Assembly (NCBI GenBank): GCA_963705105.1
Contig: CAVPIW010000006.1
Span: 864,001 to 928,000, forward strand
Direction of reading: 5' to 3'
From: an uncultured Nitrospiraceae bacterium
GTDB taxonomy: Bacteria > Nitrospirota > Thermodesulfovibrionia > Thermodesulfovibrionales > Dissulfurispiraceae
DNA length: 64,000 nucleotides
The notes under the pieces are model-generated. The model was given only the letters and a program-made list of their open reading frames with translations, was not told the DNA's origin and did no database searches. Every line of letters starts with the position of its first letter. Within the stretch, counting starts at the first letter, position 1. Below are positions 49,240-58,737 of this stretch, one piece after another. The position numbers and the translations under genes are program-made.

Positions 49240-50082
49240 GTGGACATCTACGAAGAGGTCCTGAGGCTGAAGAGAGCAGGCATCCCCTGCGCCCTCGCGA
49301 CGATCGTCCAGTGTGTCGGGTCGGCCCCTCAAAAGGAGGGAGCCAAAATGATCGTCAAAGCCGATGGCACCATTACGGGAACCCTCGGCGGTGGCTGCCT
49401 CGAGGCTGAGGTCATCGAGGCGGCCCGGTCAGCCCTTTCGGAAGGCACACCGCGGACGATACCCATTCAACTGACGGAAAAGCACGGGGGGCTCGTCTGC
49501 GGCGGCAAGATCCTCGTGTATATCGAACCGGTGGTGCCCGAGCCCCGTCTCGTCATACTGGGCGCCGGTCACGTGGGACAGAGACTTTCGACCCTCGCCC
49601 GCTTTGCAGGATTCCTCGTCACCGTCGCCGATGACCGCGCCGAGTACGCCAACAGCGATCTTCTTCCCGATGCGGACGAGATCGTCGTGAGCGATTTCGA
49701 TAAGGTCTTCTCTCATCTCGCAGCCGCCGGAGACACCTTTGTCGTCGTGGCGACGCGGGGACACACCCATGACCTCGAAGCGCTCAGGGCAGCCCTCGGC
49801 ACGGATGCCCGCTATATCGGGCTCCTGGGGAGCAGGAGAAAGAGGGCGCTCCTGTTCGGTATCCTCGAGCGCGAGGGGTTCAGCGCAGCCGACAGGGCGC
49901 GCATCATCACCCCCGTCGGACTTCCTATCGGCTCGGTGACACCCGAGGAGATCGCCGTAAGCATCATGGCGCAGATCATTCAGCAGAGGAGGGAAGGTGC
50001 CCCCGGCAATAGCGGCCATACTCCTTGCGGCGGGCTCATCGCGGAGGATGGGGCGGCTCAAGCAGCTTCTTCCCCTCGGTGA
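49240..50082 (+). CDS. XdhC/CoxI Moco chaperone
   Basis: GSAPQKEGAKM, GTLGGGCLE, CGG, GAGHVG and YIGLLGS motifs. Confidence 0.9.
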   Translation: MDIYEEVLRLKRAGIPCALATIVQCVGSAPQKEGAKMIVKADGTITGTLGGGCLEAEVIEAARSALSEGTPRTIPIQLTEKHGGLVCGGKILVYIEPVVPEPRLVILGAGHVGQRLSTLARFAGFLVTVADDRAEYANSDLLPDADEIVVSDFDKVFSHLAAAGDTFVVVATRGHTHDLEALRAALGTDARYIGLLGSRRKRALLFGILEREGFSAADRARIITPVGLPIGSVTPEEIAVSIMAQIIQQRREGAPGNSGHTPCGGLIAEDGAAQAASSPR

Positions 50083-50623
50083 CAGACCGGCCGTCAGACA
50101 TTGCCTCGAAAAAATCTTCGCCGCCGGAATCGATGAGGTCGTCATCGTTCTCGGCTCCGACGGAGAGAAGATCCTGCCGGTCTGCGAAGGACTGACAGTC
50201 AAAGTGGCCTGGAACAGGATTCCCGAAAGCGACATGGCGGCATCGCTCACGGCAGGACTGGCCTGTGTCAATGAGACTGCAGATGGTGTCCTCGTCAGCC
50301 TGTCGGACCTGCCCCTTGTGACGGCCGGGACCATTACGACGATCCGGGAGGAGTACCTGAATCATCCCGATTCCATCATTATCCCTGCCTTCCGCGGGAA
50401 ACGGGGACACCCGAACCTCTTTCCCCGCCGTTGCCTGACCGGCATCGGGCCCGGCATGACCCTGAAGGACGTGAAGCTGATATACGCCGGATCGGTCAGG
50501 ACGATCGACGTCCCCGACGAGGGGATCCTCCTTGACATGGACACGATGGACGACTACCGCGTGATCTGCGACAAATTCCGTGAGCGCCTGCAGGGGGGCG
50601 CCGCCGGAGGCCCCGCACTGTGA
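49997..50623 (+). CDS. Moco nucleotidyltransferase (MocA-like)
   Basis: LAAGSSRRMG..KQLL, GHP and DMDT motifs. Confidence 0.85.
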   Translation: MPPAIAAILLAAGSSRRMGRLKQLLPLGDRPAVRHCLEKIFAAGIDEVVIVLGSDGEKILPVCEGLTVKVAWNRIPESDMAASLTAGLACVNETADGVLVSLSDLPLVTAGTITTIREEYLNHPDSIIIPAFRGKRGHPNLFPRRCLTGIGPGMTLKDVKLIYAGSVRTIDVPDEGILLDMDTMDDYRVICDKFRERLQGGAAGGPAL

Positions 50624-51744
50624 GCCTCTTTCTCATCGCCTTCTTCCTCATCTACGGGTCCATGCATCTTTATGTCTTCGTCCGTGCGAAGCGGGCCATC
50701 GGCTTTTCCCGGTGGGCAGGCATCGCCGTCGCCCTTGTCATGGCAGTCATGATCCTCACCCCCCTTCTTATCCGGCTGTTTGAGCGGGCCGGTTTCGAGA
50801 CCCTGCCGCGCATCATGGCCTATGCCGGATATACCTGGACCGGCGTCATCTTCCTCCTCGTCTGCAGCCTTATGCTCACCGACATCTGCCGCGTTATCCT
50901 GTCCCTGGCTGGAAAAGTCACATGGACCCGTCAGAGCGGGTGGACCTTTTATCTCCCCCTCGTCATTTCACTGACGGCGTCACTGTACGGGTATTTCGAG
51001 GCCCTGAACATCCACAACGATCACATTACGATCGCCTCTCCCAAGATCCCGAAAGAGAGCGGCAGGATCAGGGTCGTGCAGATCTCCGATGTTCACCTCG
51101 GCCTGATTGTGCGGGAGGAAAGGCTGCGGCGCATCCTGAAGGTCGTCAAGAATGCAGACCCTGACATCCTCGTTGCGACAGGAGATATCGTCGACGGGCA
51201 GATGGACGGGCTGGACGGCCTGTCGACCCTCCTTGCCGACCTGCGTCCCCGCTACGGAAAGTACGCCATCACGGGGAATCACGAATTCTACGCGGGACTT
51301 GAGCAGGCCGTCACATTCATCGGAAAGGCGGGATTTACGATGCTCCGGGACGATCTCGCCATCGCAGACAGCCTCATCACCATCGCCGGTGTCGATGACC
51401 CGGCGGGAAAGTCATTCCCGGGTCACAGCGGCGTCCCCGAAAAGACCGTCCTCTCCCGTGCTCCCGACGGCATGTTTGTGCTCCTCCTCAAGCACCGGCC
51501 CCTTGTGGACGCAGACGCGGCGGGTCTCTTCGACCTGCAGCTCTCCGGCCACGTTCATAAAGGGCAGATCTTTCCCTTCAGCCTTCTCACGCGCGTCTAT
51601 TACCCCAATTACGCGGGCCTGCTCCGGCTGAACGAAGGATCCTTCCTCTACGTGAACCGGGGGACGGGGACATGGGGGCCTCCGATCCGTCTCTTTGCCC
51701 CACCGGAGGTGACGGTGATCGACCTCGTTCACGGCGAGTCATAG
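50620..51744 (+). CDS. Membrane metallophosphoesterase
   Basis: DVH, GDIVD, GNHE and GHVH motifs. Confidence 0.9.
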   Translation: MSLFLIAFFLIYGSMHLYVFVRAKRAIGFSRWAGIAVALVMAVMILTPLLIRLFERAGFETLPRIMAYAGYTWTGVIFLLVCSLMLTDICRVILSLAGKVTWTRQSGWTFYLPLVISLTASLYGYFEALNIHNDHITIASPKIPKESGRIRVVQISDVHLGLIVREERLRRILKVVKNADPDILVATGDIVDGQMDGLDGLSTLLADLRPRYGKYAITGNHEFYAGLEQAVTFIGKAGFTMLRDDLAIADSLITIAGVDDPAGKSFPGHSGVPEKTVLSRAPDGMFVLLLKHRPLVDADAAGLFDLQLSGHVHKGQIFPFSLLTRVYYPNYAGLLRLNEGSFLYVNRGTGTWGPPIRLFAPPEVTVIDLVHGES

Positions 51745-51769
51745 ATCCGGGGTGGACGGATTGAAACTT

Positions 51770-52048
51770 TCGTGAGAAGGCGGGGAGAAGGTGTCACCAT
51801 AACAGTCATTAAGTCACTCAGTCCTTGAGTCATTCGTGGATAGCCGAAACGAACATCCAGGAGGGAAGGCTGATGTGGTGAAAAGCCTTTCCGCTAAGAT
51901 ACCTTGTGTATCACCAGACCACACTTTGCCGTGTCTATTGATACCAGAAGCCCGTCAGGCAACAGGCGCTGAACACCTTGAGATGTCTCATCATCGCATT
52001 GGAGAGGCTTTGAACCATATCTGCCTTCCCGGCACAACAGCGTCTATA
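51770..52048 (+). mobile_element. Partial MITE-family copy containing the GGGAAGGC element (51863-52030)
   Basis: Reverse-complement similarity to 39121-39410. Confidence 0.7.
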
Positions 52049-52244
52049 CTGCAGTTGCATGAATAGGCGGGGCGAAGCGCTCTGGAAAAAGTGTCAGTGA
52101 CAGTGTGAGTGTCAGTATAAGGTTCACTTCTTTAACCGTCAGCCTGAAATGATCCTCAATGTAAGGGGTATGGTGTCGCCGCAGCAAGGTTTTCGGCGCA
52201 TTCACCCCAGCCCCGCCTTTCCGGAAAGCGTATCAACGACAAGG
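52049..52244 (-). mobile_element. MITE-family copy
   Basis: CTGCAGTTGCATG...CAACGACAAGG, abutting TTAA at the stop of the next gene. Confidence 0.82.
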
Positions 52245-53033
52245 TTAATCTGACGTCCAGAGATAGTTTCTCAGGTTCTCCACACTTCTGAGTGCGCGCT
52301 CGGCGGTGTGGGCCTCGACTGTGTAAATGCAGGCATGGTCCCTGATCAGCTCAAAGAGGGCCGGGAAATCGAAGCTGCCTTCGCCGACAGGCAGGTGTTT
52401 GTCGGCAGTCTTGTCATTGTCGTGGAGATGGAGTTCTATGATATAGGGCTTGAGCATGCCGATCCATTCGTCAAGGGGGATCCTCGAAAAGAGGTTGAAA
52501 TGCCCCGAGTCGAAACAGACGCCGAAGGAGTCCGATCGCATCTCCTCCATGAGGAGCCTGAGGTTCGTCGGCTCGTCCTCGAAGACGTTCTCGATGGCGA
52601 TCTTGATCCCCATGCCGACGGCCCGGTCAAGAACGGGTTTCCACGTCTCGACGCTCTTTTGCAGCCAGGGATCGATTTTCAGGGCGTATTTCCATTTCTC
52701 ATACCCCGAATGGAAGACGATGCTGACGGGATTGAGCTGCTCCGCCACGTCAAGGATTTCGTTGAACCGTTCGATGGTCACCTTCCTGATCCGTGCGTCG
52801 GCGGCGCCCGGTGACAGGTCCATGAAGGGCGCGTGGAACGAGACGGCCGGACCGTAATGAAGAGCGTCCTTCAGCGCCCTCACGTCGTCACCGGTCATCG
52901 CATCCATGGTATCGGCGTTGAAAAAGATCTCGAGATTGAAACGGTGCTCCCTGATCAGGTCGATGTGGTCCATCACCTTCTCAAAGGGCACGTGGACGTG
53001 AGGCGTGATAAGATTACTCTGAAGGGACGGCAT
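52245..53033 (-). CDS. Xylose isomerase-like TIM-barrel (AP endonuclease 2 family) protein
   Basis: HAPF, IENV, DSGH and HLHDN motifs. Confidence 0.85.
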   Translation of the reverse strand: MPSLQSNLITPHVHVPFEKVMDHIDLIREHRFNLEIFFNADTMDAMTGDDVRALKDALHYGPAVSFHAPFMDLSPGAADARIRKVTIERFNEILDVAEQLNPVSIVFHSGYEKWKYALKIDPWLQKSVETWKPVLDRAVGMGIKIAIENVFEDEPTNLRLLMEEMRSDSFGVCFDSGHFNLFSRIPLDEWIGMLKPYIIELHLHDNDKTADKHLPVGEGSFDFPALFELIRDHACIYTVEAHTAERALRSVENLRNYLWTSD

Positions 53034-53325
53034 CCTTTTTCGTTTCCGCCTTCTGCTCCTGCTTCGCCTCTTTTTTCTGCTCCGATGGAGTCGAATCCTT
53101 TGCCGCCTGCGACTCCTTCTCCGCCCCCTCCGATTTCTTGCGGTCCGGCGAGGCATAGTCGGTCTTGTACCAGCCGGTTCCCTTTAGGATAAAGGATGTA
53201 TTGGAAATGAGCTTCCTGAGGGAGCCGCCGCATACGGGGCAGACCGACAGCGGTTCGTCGCTGAACTTCTGCATCACCTCATGCTTCCTCAGGCAGTCCT
53301 GACACTGATACTCATAAATCGGCAT
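53014..53325 (-). CDS. FmdB-family zinc-ribbon protein
   Basis: [14 protein letters not shown] and [10 protein letters not shown] motifs. Confidence 0.92.
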   Translation of the reverse strand: MPIYEYQCQDCLRKHEVMQKFSDEPLSVCPVCGGSLRKLISNTSFILKGTGWYKTDYASPDRKKSEGAEKESQAAKDSTPSEQKKEAKQEQKAETKKDAVPSE

Positions 53326-53797
53326 TGAATCCTCCTGAATTTACAATAACTTTACTATAATAGACCGGCAGAGCTGCGGTCAATAGAGGTGGGTGCAACA
53401 GTGTCAGTATCGGTTCTATCTCCAGCCACTCGTGTCCAAAACAGCTGACATCGAGACCTTGAAAACGAGGATAGGGTTTGTTTTCTGAAGCAAAATTCAC
53501 GGGTAACGTGAACGGTGGCGGGAGTCGAAGGCGCAAGCCGCAGCGGAAGCCGCACAGTGTACCGGAGAAGGCAAAGGTTTTCATACCAAAGGCATACACA
53601 TGAGCATAGGGAGTTTATTTTGCGAAGAAAGCATGCCCTATCCTCGTGTCAGATTATTTTGGACACCGGTGATTTAATAGTTCAAATTAAAGAGTACCTA
53701 TAGACAACCGATAATAATCTAAGCGCCGGGTGTGGGAAGCGGGAGTTTCCTGCTGCCCGCCACATTCTGGATAGCGCACAAAACAGGAGGATCGTAC

Positions 53798-54883
53798 ATG
53801 GAGATTATTGATATCCTGAGTGCCTCCGTCGAGGCGAAGGCATCGGACATTCACATCGTCGTCGGCAAACCGCCGATGGTCCGGGTCTTCGGCCACATCA
53901 GGCCGCTGGCTTCATTTCCCGCAATCGATGCCGAAACGGCGAAAAGTCTCATTTACAGCATGCTCTACCAGGACCAGATCTCCCGTTTTGAGGAGCGCCT
54001 CGAACTCGATTTTTCCTACAACGTGCCCGGTGTAAGCAGGTTCCGCGTCAACGTGCTCTCCCAGATCAACGGTATCGAGGCCGTGATGCGTCTCATTTCG
54101 AGCAAGATCCCGACTCCCAAGGAAGTGCGCATTTCAGACGTCATCATATCCCTTACGAGGCTGGCCCGCGGTCTCATACTCGTGACGGGGCCGACGGGAA
54201 GCGGCAAAACGACCACTCTTGCTTGCCTCATCGATATCATCAACAACGAGCGTCGCGACAACATTATCACCATTGAGGACCCTATCGAATTCGTCTTCGA
54301 AAACAAAAACTGCGTCGTGCGGCAGCGGGAGGTGGGCATGAACACCCATTCCTTCACGGAAGCACTGAAGCACTCCCTCAGGCAGGACCCCGACGTGATC
54401 CTCGTCGGCGAAATGCGGGACCTCGAAACGATCTCCCTGGCCATCACGGCGGCTGAAACGGGCCACCTTGTCTTCGCGACCCTTCATACGCAGGACGCCC
54501 CCCAGACAGTCGACAGGGTGGTCGACGTCTTCCCGCCCCATCAGCAGCAACAGGTGCGGGTGCAGCTCGCCTCGACGCTGAAGGCCGTCGTCTGCCAGCA
54601 GCTCATCCCGCGGGCCGATAAACGGGGCAGGGTTGCGGCCCGTGAGACCATGATCGTCACTCATGCCATTGCGAACCTCATCAGGGAGGGAAAGACCCAC
54701 CAGATTTACAGCGCCATCGAAACGGGGGCGAAACTCGGCATGTGCACTCTCGAGACCTCACTGGCCGAACTCGTCAAGGAGAGGCTGATCTCCATCGAGG
54801 ATGCTTTCAGCAAGGCGAACAACCAGGATACCCTGAGGCTGAAACTATCGGCCCTGGGAGTGAACCTCGGAATAAGGAAATAG
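53798..54883 (+). CDS. pilT: Type IV pilus retraction ATPase PilT
   Basis: ASDIH, GPTGSGKT, LRQDPD..VGEMRD and NLIREGK motifs. Confidence 0.93.
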   Translation: MEIIDILSASVEAKASDIHIVVGKPPMVRVFGHIRPLASFPAIDAETAKSLIYSMLYQDQISRFEERLELDFSYNVPGVSRFRVNVLSQINGIEAVMRLISSKIPTPKEVRISDVIISLTRLARGLILVTGPTGSGKTTTLACLIDIINNERRDNIITIEDPIEFVFENKNCVVRQREVGMNTHSFTEALKHSLRQDPDVILVGEMRDLETISLAITAAETGHLVFATLHTQDAPQTVDRVVDVFPPHQQQQVRVQLASTLKAVVCQQLIPRADKRGRVAARETMIVTHAIANLIREGKTHQIYSAIETGAKLGMCTLETSLAELVKERLISIEDAFSKANNQDTLRLKLSALGVNLGIRK

Positions 54884-54894
54884 GAGTCTAAAGC

Positions 54895-56043
54895 ATGCAG
54901 ACAGTAAATCATTACCTGAAAATGCTCGTCGATCAGGGCGGCTCCGACCTTCACCTCAAAGTCGGCAGGCCGCCGCTCATTCGCATAAAAGGCGATCTCT
55001 TTCCGACAGAACTCCCGCCGATAAAAAGGGACGAGATGGAGCAACTCCTGTCGCCGGTCCTGACCGATGCCAGGAAAAAGAAGCTCCGTGACGACGGTGA
55101 ACTCGACTTTTCCTACCTGATCGAGGGACTTGCCCGTTTCAGGGGAAACATCTTCTACCAGCTCGGCAACATGGGCGCAGTGTTCAGGCTCATCCCGATC
55201 AAAATCGAGACGCTGGACGATCTCGGACTGCCCGATGTGCTGAGGGATATCATCATGAGGGAACAGGGCCTCGTCCTCATTACGGGACCGACGGGAAGCG
55301 GCAAGTCGACAACACTTGCGGCCCTCGTCGACTACATCAATGAGCGGATCCATAAGCATATCATTACCATCGAGGACCCGATCGAGTTCATCCATGCCGA
55401 CAAGAAATGCACGATCAACCAGCGTGAGGTGGGGACCGACACACAGTCCTTCTCGTCCGCCCTCAAGAGGGCGCTGAGGCAGGACCCGGACGTGATCCTC
55501 GTCGGTGAAATGCGCGACCCCGAGACGATCCACATAGCCCTCACCGCATCGGAGACGGGGCATCTCGTCCTCAGCACCCTCCACACGACATACGCGAAGC
55601 AGTCCATCAGCAGGATCGTCGATGCCTTCTCACCGGAGCAGCACCACCACGTCCGCGTCCGCACAGCCGCATCGCTTTACGCCACGATCGCTCAACGGCT
55701 CGTGAAAAAATCTGACGGTTCAGGACGCGTGGCCGTGATGGAGGTCATGATAAACACACCGACGATCCGGAAGCACATCTCAGAGGAGCACCTCGACCAG
55801 ATCGACAAGACCATTGCGGAATCGGCGCAGCTCTATAAAATGCAGACCATGAACCAGCACCTCTTCCAGCTCGCCCAGGACGGCGTGCTGACCAAGGAGG
55901 ACGCCCTCAGCGCGAGTTATAACCCGAACGACCTGAGGATCATGTTCCAGACCCTCGGAGGCAAGGCCCCTGCCGCGGATCCGAAAAAAGTGGCGGCCAT
56001 GCCTCAGAGACCGCCATGGATGAAGGACAAGGAGATCCGCTGA
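54895..56043 (+). CDS. PilT/PilU-family ATPase
   Basis: GSDLHL, GPTGSGKST and LRQDPD motifs; lacks the AIRNLIRE motif. Confidence 0.9.
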   Translation: MQTVNHYLKMLVDQGGSDLHLKVGRPPLIRIKGDLFPTELPPIKRDEMEQLLSPVLTDARKKKLRDDGELDFSYLIEGLARFRGNIFYQLGNMGAVFRLIPIKIETLDDLGLPDVLRDIIMREQGLVLITGPTGSGKSTTLAALVDYINERIHKHIITIEDPIEFIHADKKCTINQREVGTDTQSFSSALKRALRQDPDVILVGEMRDPETIHIALTASETGHLVLSTLHTTYAKQSISRIVDAFSPEQHHHVRVRTAASLYATIAQRLVKKSDGSGRVAVMEVMINTPTIRKHISEEHLDQIDKTIAESAQLYKMQTMNQHLFQLAQDGVLTKEDALSASYNPNDLRIMFQTLGGKAPAADPKKVAAMPQRPPWMKDKEIR

Positions 56044-56070
56044 CGGCTTTGCGGGAAACGCCTCGCGACT

Positions 56071-57183
56071 TCAGACTCCGGCCGCATCCATGAGCCTGTC
56101 GAGGCGTTCCGCCCCCTGTCCGCCCGTCGAGTCCTGAGTCATCACCCACTGCTTCAACTTTGCGAGACTGCGGCCCGAGTCGATGGCATCCCTGCTCATC
56201 TCCACACCCGTCCTGATGTCGTCACACCTGCCCGCGACGGTCAGTATGGCCGCGGCATTGAGGCAGGTGAAATCGATGCAGCCGTCGTGACCCCTGCCTC
56301 CGAGCACCTGGAGAAATCGAAGCGCTTCCTGCCGGAGGTCTCCCGTTGGAACGATCTCTTCAGAGCGGCTCCTCCTGAGACCGGCATCTTCCGGTCTCAG
56401 GGTGTATGTGATGCGTTCATCTCCCGAGAAAGTGCATACCATTGACTCACCCGTGACGGACAGCTCATCCATCCCGAGCCCCGACCGGTCATCGCGCCCA
56501 TACACGACCATTCCCCGTTCATATCCGATCATCGTCATGATATCTGCGGCCTTCCCGACGAGCCTCTCAGCATAAACACCCCTGACTCCCTGCGTCGGCT
56601 TGCAGGGGTTTGCAAGGGAGGCGGCGATATTGAGCGTCGAGCCGAACCGTATCTGACTCAGGATCCGCCCGAGCGCCCCCGGGTGCACACGGGGACTCAT
56701 CCCGTTCAGCAGGCCGATCCCGGCCCGCCTGATACTCTCCTCGACGGTACCGATGTCGCATTCGACATCGAGGCCGAGCGATTCCAGGATATCGACGGTC
56801 CCGCAGAATGAGGTGATGGCCCGTGCGCCGTGTCGCGCCATGGTGACGCCGCATGCGGACGCCACAATGGCCGCTGCGCTGCTGACGTTGAACGTCTTGA
56901 GGCCGTCCATGCCCGTGCCGGAATTTTCGAAAAGGGGCCGGGGGAGGTCATCGGAGACCTGCACCGTATCGAATTCCGAGATGGCCCGCCAGGCCCCGGC
57001 GATTTCCTCCGCCGTCTCGCCCTTGGCGACGAGGGCCGCCAGGAAAGCACCCTGCTGGAGATCAGGCTGCTCGTTGAGCAGCACCTCCCTGAACATCCCG
57101 TATGTCTCCTCCCCGGTCAGGTGCTTTCCGTCGATGAGACGCTGTATCTTCTGCCCGAAATCCTTCAGTTTTCGTGTGTCCAT
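56071..57183 (-). CDS. Anthranilate phosphoribosyltransferase-like protein (divergent TrpD)
   Basis: SGTGMDG..TFNVS, RHGAR, GMDE and LNAA motifs. Confidence 0.8.
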   Translation of the reverse strand: MDTRKLKDFGQKIQRLIDGKHLTGEETYGMFREVLLNEQPDLQQGAFLAALVAKGETAEEIAGAWRAISEFDTVQVSDDLPRPLFENSGTGMDGLKTFNVSSAAAIVASACGVTMARHGARAITSFCGTVDILESLGLDVECDIGTVEESIRRAGIGLLNGMSPRVHPGALGRILSQIRFGSTLNIAASLANPCKPTQGVRGVYAERLVGKAADIMTMIGYERGMVVYGRDDRSGLGMDELSVTGESMVCTFSGDERITYTLRPEDAGLRRSRSEEIVPTGDLRQEALRFLQVLGGRGHDGCIDFTCLNAAAILTVAGRCDDIRTGVEMSRDAIDSGRSLAKLKQWVMTQDSTGGQGAERLDRLMDAAGV

Positions 57184-57200
57184 CTGTGCCTCCCTATTAT

Positions 57201-57646
57201 CCTTTCTGTTGCATGAAGAGCCGGGGCGACGCGCTCTGAAACGCAGTGACAGTGCGAGTGTGAGTGTCAGTGAAAGGAATCGTTCTTATATCTACGCTGC
57301 CGTCCTGGTATTCATGACCTTGCTCCCACTGTCGATTGCCGACAATGACTTTAATGACTCAATGACTTAACCTTATCGTTGCAATACACTTCCGGGAAAG
57401 GCGGGGCGTATGCGCCGAAAACCTTGCTGCGGCGACACCATAACTCTCACAGAAGACAACCTTTCAAACCAATGGTCGACCACACAAAGAGTGGAATCCT
57501 GAAAGACAAACCTGACGAGGCTTATCGTCGCCTTCAGCAAGGCTTTGAGGCGCTTCGCCACGCCTTTCTATACAACTACAAGGTTAATGACTCTTACGGT
57601 GGCATCGTCGCTCCGCCTTTCCCGGGAGTGTATTGCAACGATAAGG
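57201..57646 (-). mobile_element. MITE-family copy hosting a nested copy
   Basis: CCTTTCTGTTGCATG...TTGCAACGATAAGG; TTAT on both sides. Confidence 0.9.
57371..57583 (+). mobile_element. Nested MITE-family copy
   Basis: CCTTATCGTTGCA...CAACTACAAGG; TTAA duplicated; the empty site is seen near 39370. Confidence 0.92.
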
Positions 57647-57661
57647 TTATGATCAGCCGGG

Positions 57662-58633
57662 TTAACGATCCGGATAAAGATGGATTTTCATGCATTCCCG
57701 TTGCTCCACGAGGCCGAGTGCTTCGTCGAGGTCCCGGAGGGGAAACCGGTGCGAGATGAGATCGCAAACCTGAACGGCGCCCGATGCGAGGAGCGACAGC
57801 GCGTCCTCACCATGGCGGTAGCTGCAGCCATAGGCGCCGACGACGGTCTGCTCGAAATAGTGCAGCCTGTTGAAGTCAACGGAAACGACTGCCCTGTCGG
57901 GGGAAAGACCCGAGAAGACGACAAGCCTTCCCCGCGGACTCAGACATGCAAGGGCCTCGTTATATGCTTCTGCGGAGCCGACGGCGACGACGGCGACATC
58001 ATAATGACGGCCCGTCGGCCTGGTGTTGCCCCCGATGAGAGCACAGCGGCGCGGGTCCGGGTCGATGACCGTCGGGACGCCCCCCATCGCGATGGCAGCC
58101 CTGTTCAACAACGTACCGGCCGGACCGGCGCCCCAGATGCAGATCGTCTCGCCCTCTTTCAGCCGGCTCAGTTCAAGGGCATTGAGACAGCATGAGAGGG
58201 GCTCGGCGAAGACGGCCTCCTCATCGGTAAGACTTTCCGGAATGGGGATGACGCTCTGTGCCGGTGTGCTGACATATTCGGTGAAGCCGCCGTCGCGGTG
58301 AAATCCCATTACTTGCATCTGCTCACAGAGGTTCCCGGCGCCGGCCCGGCAGGGCCGGCAGGTGCCGCAGGAGATCCCGGGATAAACATAGACGCGCTGA
58401 CCCGTCTGCAGCCCCCCGACTCCCTCACCGGTTTTGCAGACCGTCCCGACAACCTCCTCTCCGGGAATGCGGGGCAAAATGAGATCGCGGTGCCCGACGC
58501 GGATGAGCTTGAGGTCCGTCCGGCAGAGCCCTGTGACGGTCACCCTCAGAAGCGCCTCGCCCGGTCCCGGTTCCGGCACGGACCTGTCCGTGATGACGAA
58601 TGATCCGACCTGCTCGACGACAACTGCCTTCAC
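57662..58633 (-). CDS. Zinc-dependent MDR dehydrogenase with atypical GEE motif
   Basis: GLCRTD, PGEE, CGTCRPC..C and GAGPAG motifs; likely GTG start after GGAGG. Confidence 0.88.
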   Translation of the reverse strand: MKAVVVEQVGSFVITDRSVPEPGPGEALLRVTVTGLCRTDLKLIRVGHRDLILPRIPGEEVVGTVCKTGEGVGGLQTGQRVYVYPGISCGTCRPCRAGAGNLCEQMQVMGFHRDGGFTEYVSTPAQSVIPIPESLTDEEAVFAEPLSCCLNALELSRLKEGETICIWGAGPAGTLLNRAAIAMGGVPTVIDPDPRRCALIGGNTRPTGRHYDVAVVAVGSAEAYNEALACLSPRGRLVVFSGLSPDRAVVSVDFNRLHYFEQTVVGAYGCSYRHGEDALSLLASGAVQVCDLISHRFPLRDLDEALGLVEQRECMKIHLYPDR

Positions 58634-58660
58634 AGATCCCTCCATGGCCGCTGCTGTTAT

Positions 58661-58709
58661 AAAACAAAAAGGGTTCCTGCGGACGAACAGCATCCACAGG
58701 AACCCTTTG
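58661..58709 (-). terminator. Intrinsic terminator (riboswitch expression platform)
   Basis: Minus strand AAAGGGTTCCTGTGGA-loop-TCCGCAGGAACCCTTTTTGTTTT. Confidence 0.8.
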
Positions 58710-58737
58710 CCATCGGATTCCCAAAATCTTCATGTCC

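Noticed and set aside
53340..53760. ncRNA or small gene between the fmdB-like gene and pilT
   Set aside because: No recognisable RNA motif or credible ORF by eye.
12903..57646. Dispersed repeats as a CRISPR array
   Set aside because: Copies are scattered, about 200 bp long, have target duplications, and show no repeat-spacer periodicity or cas genes.
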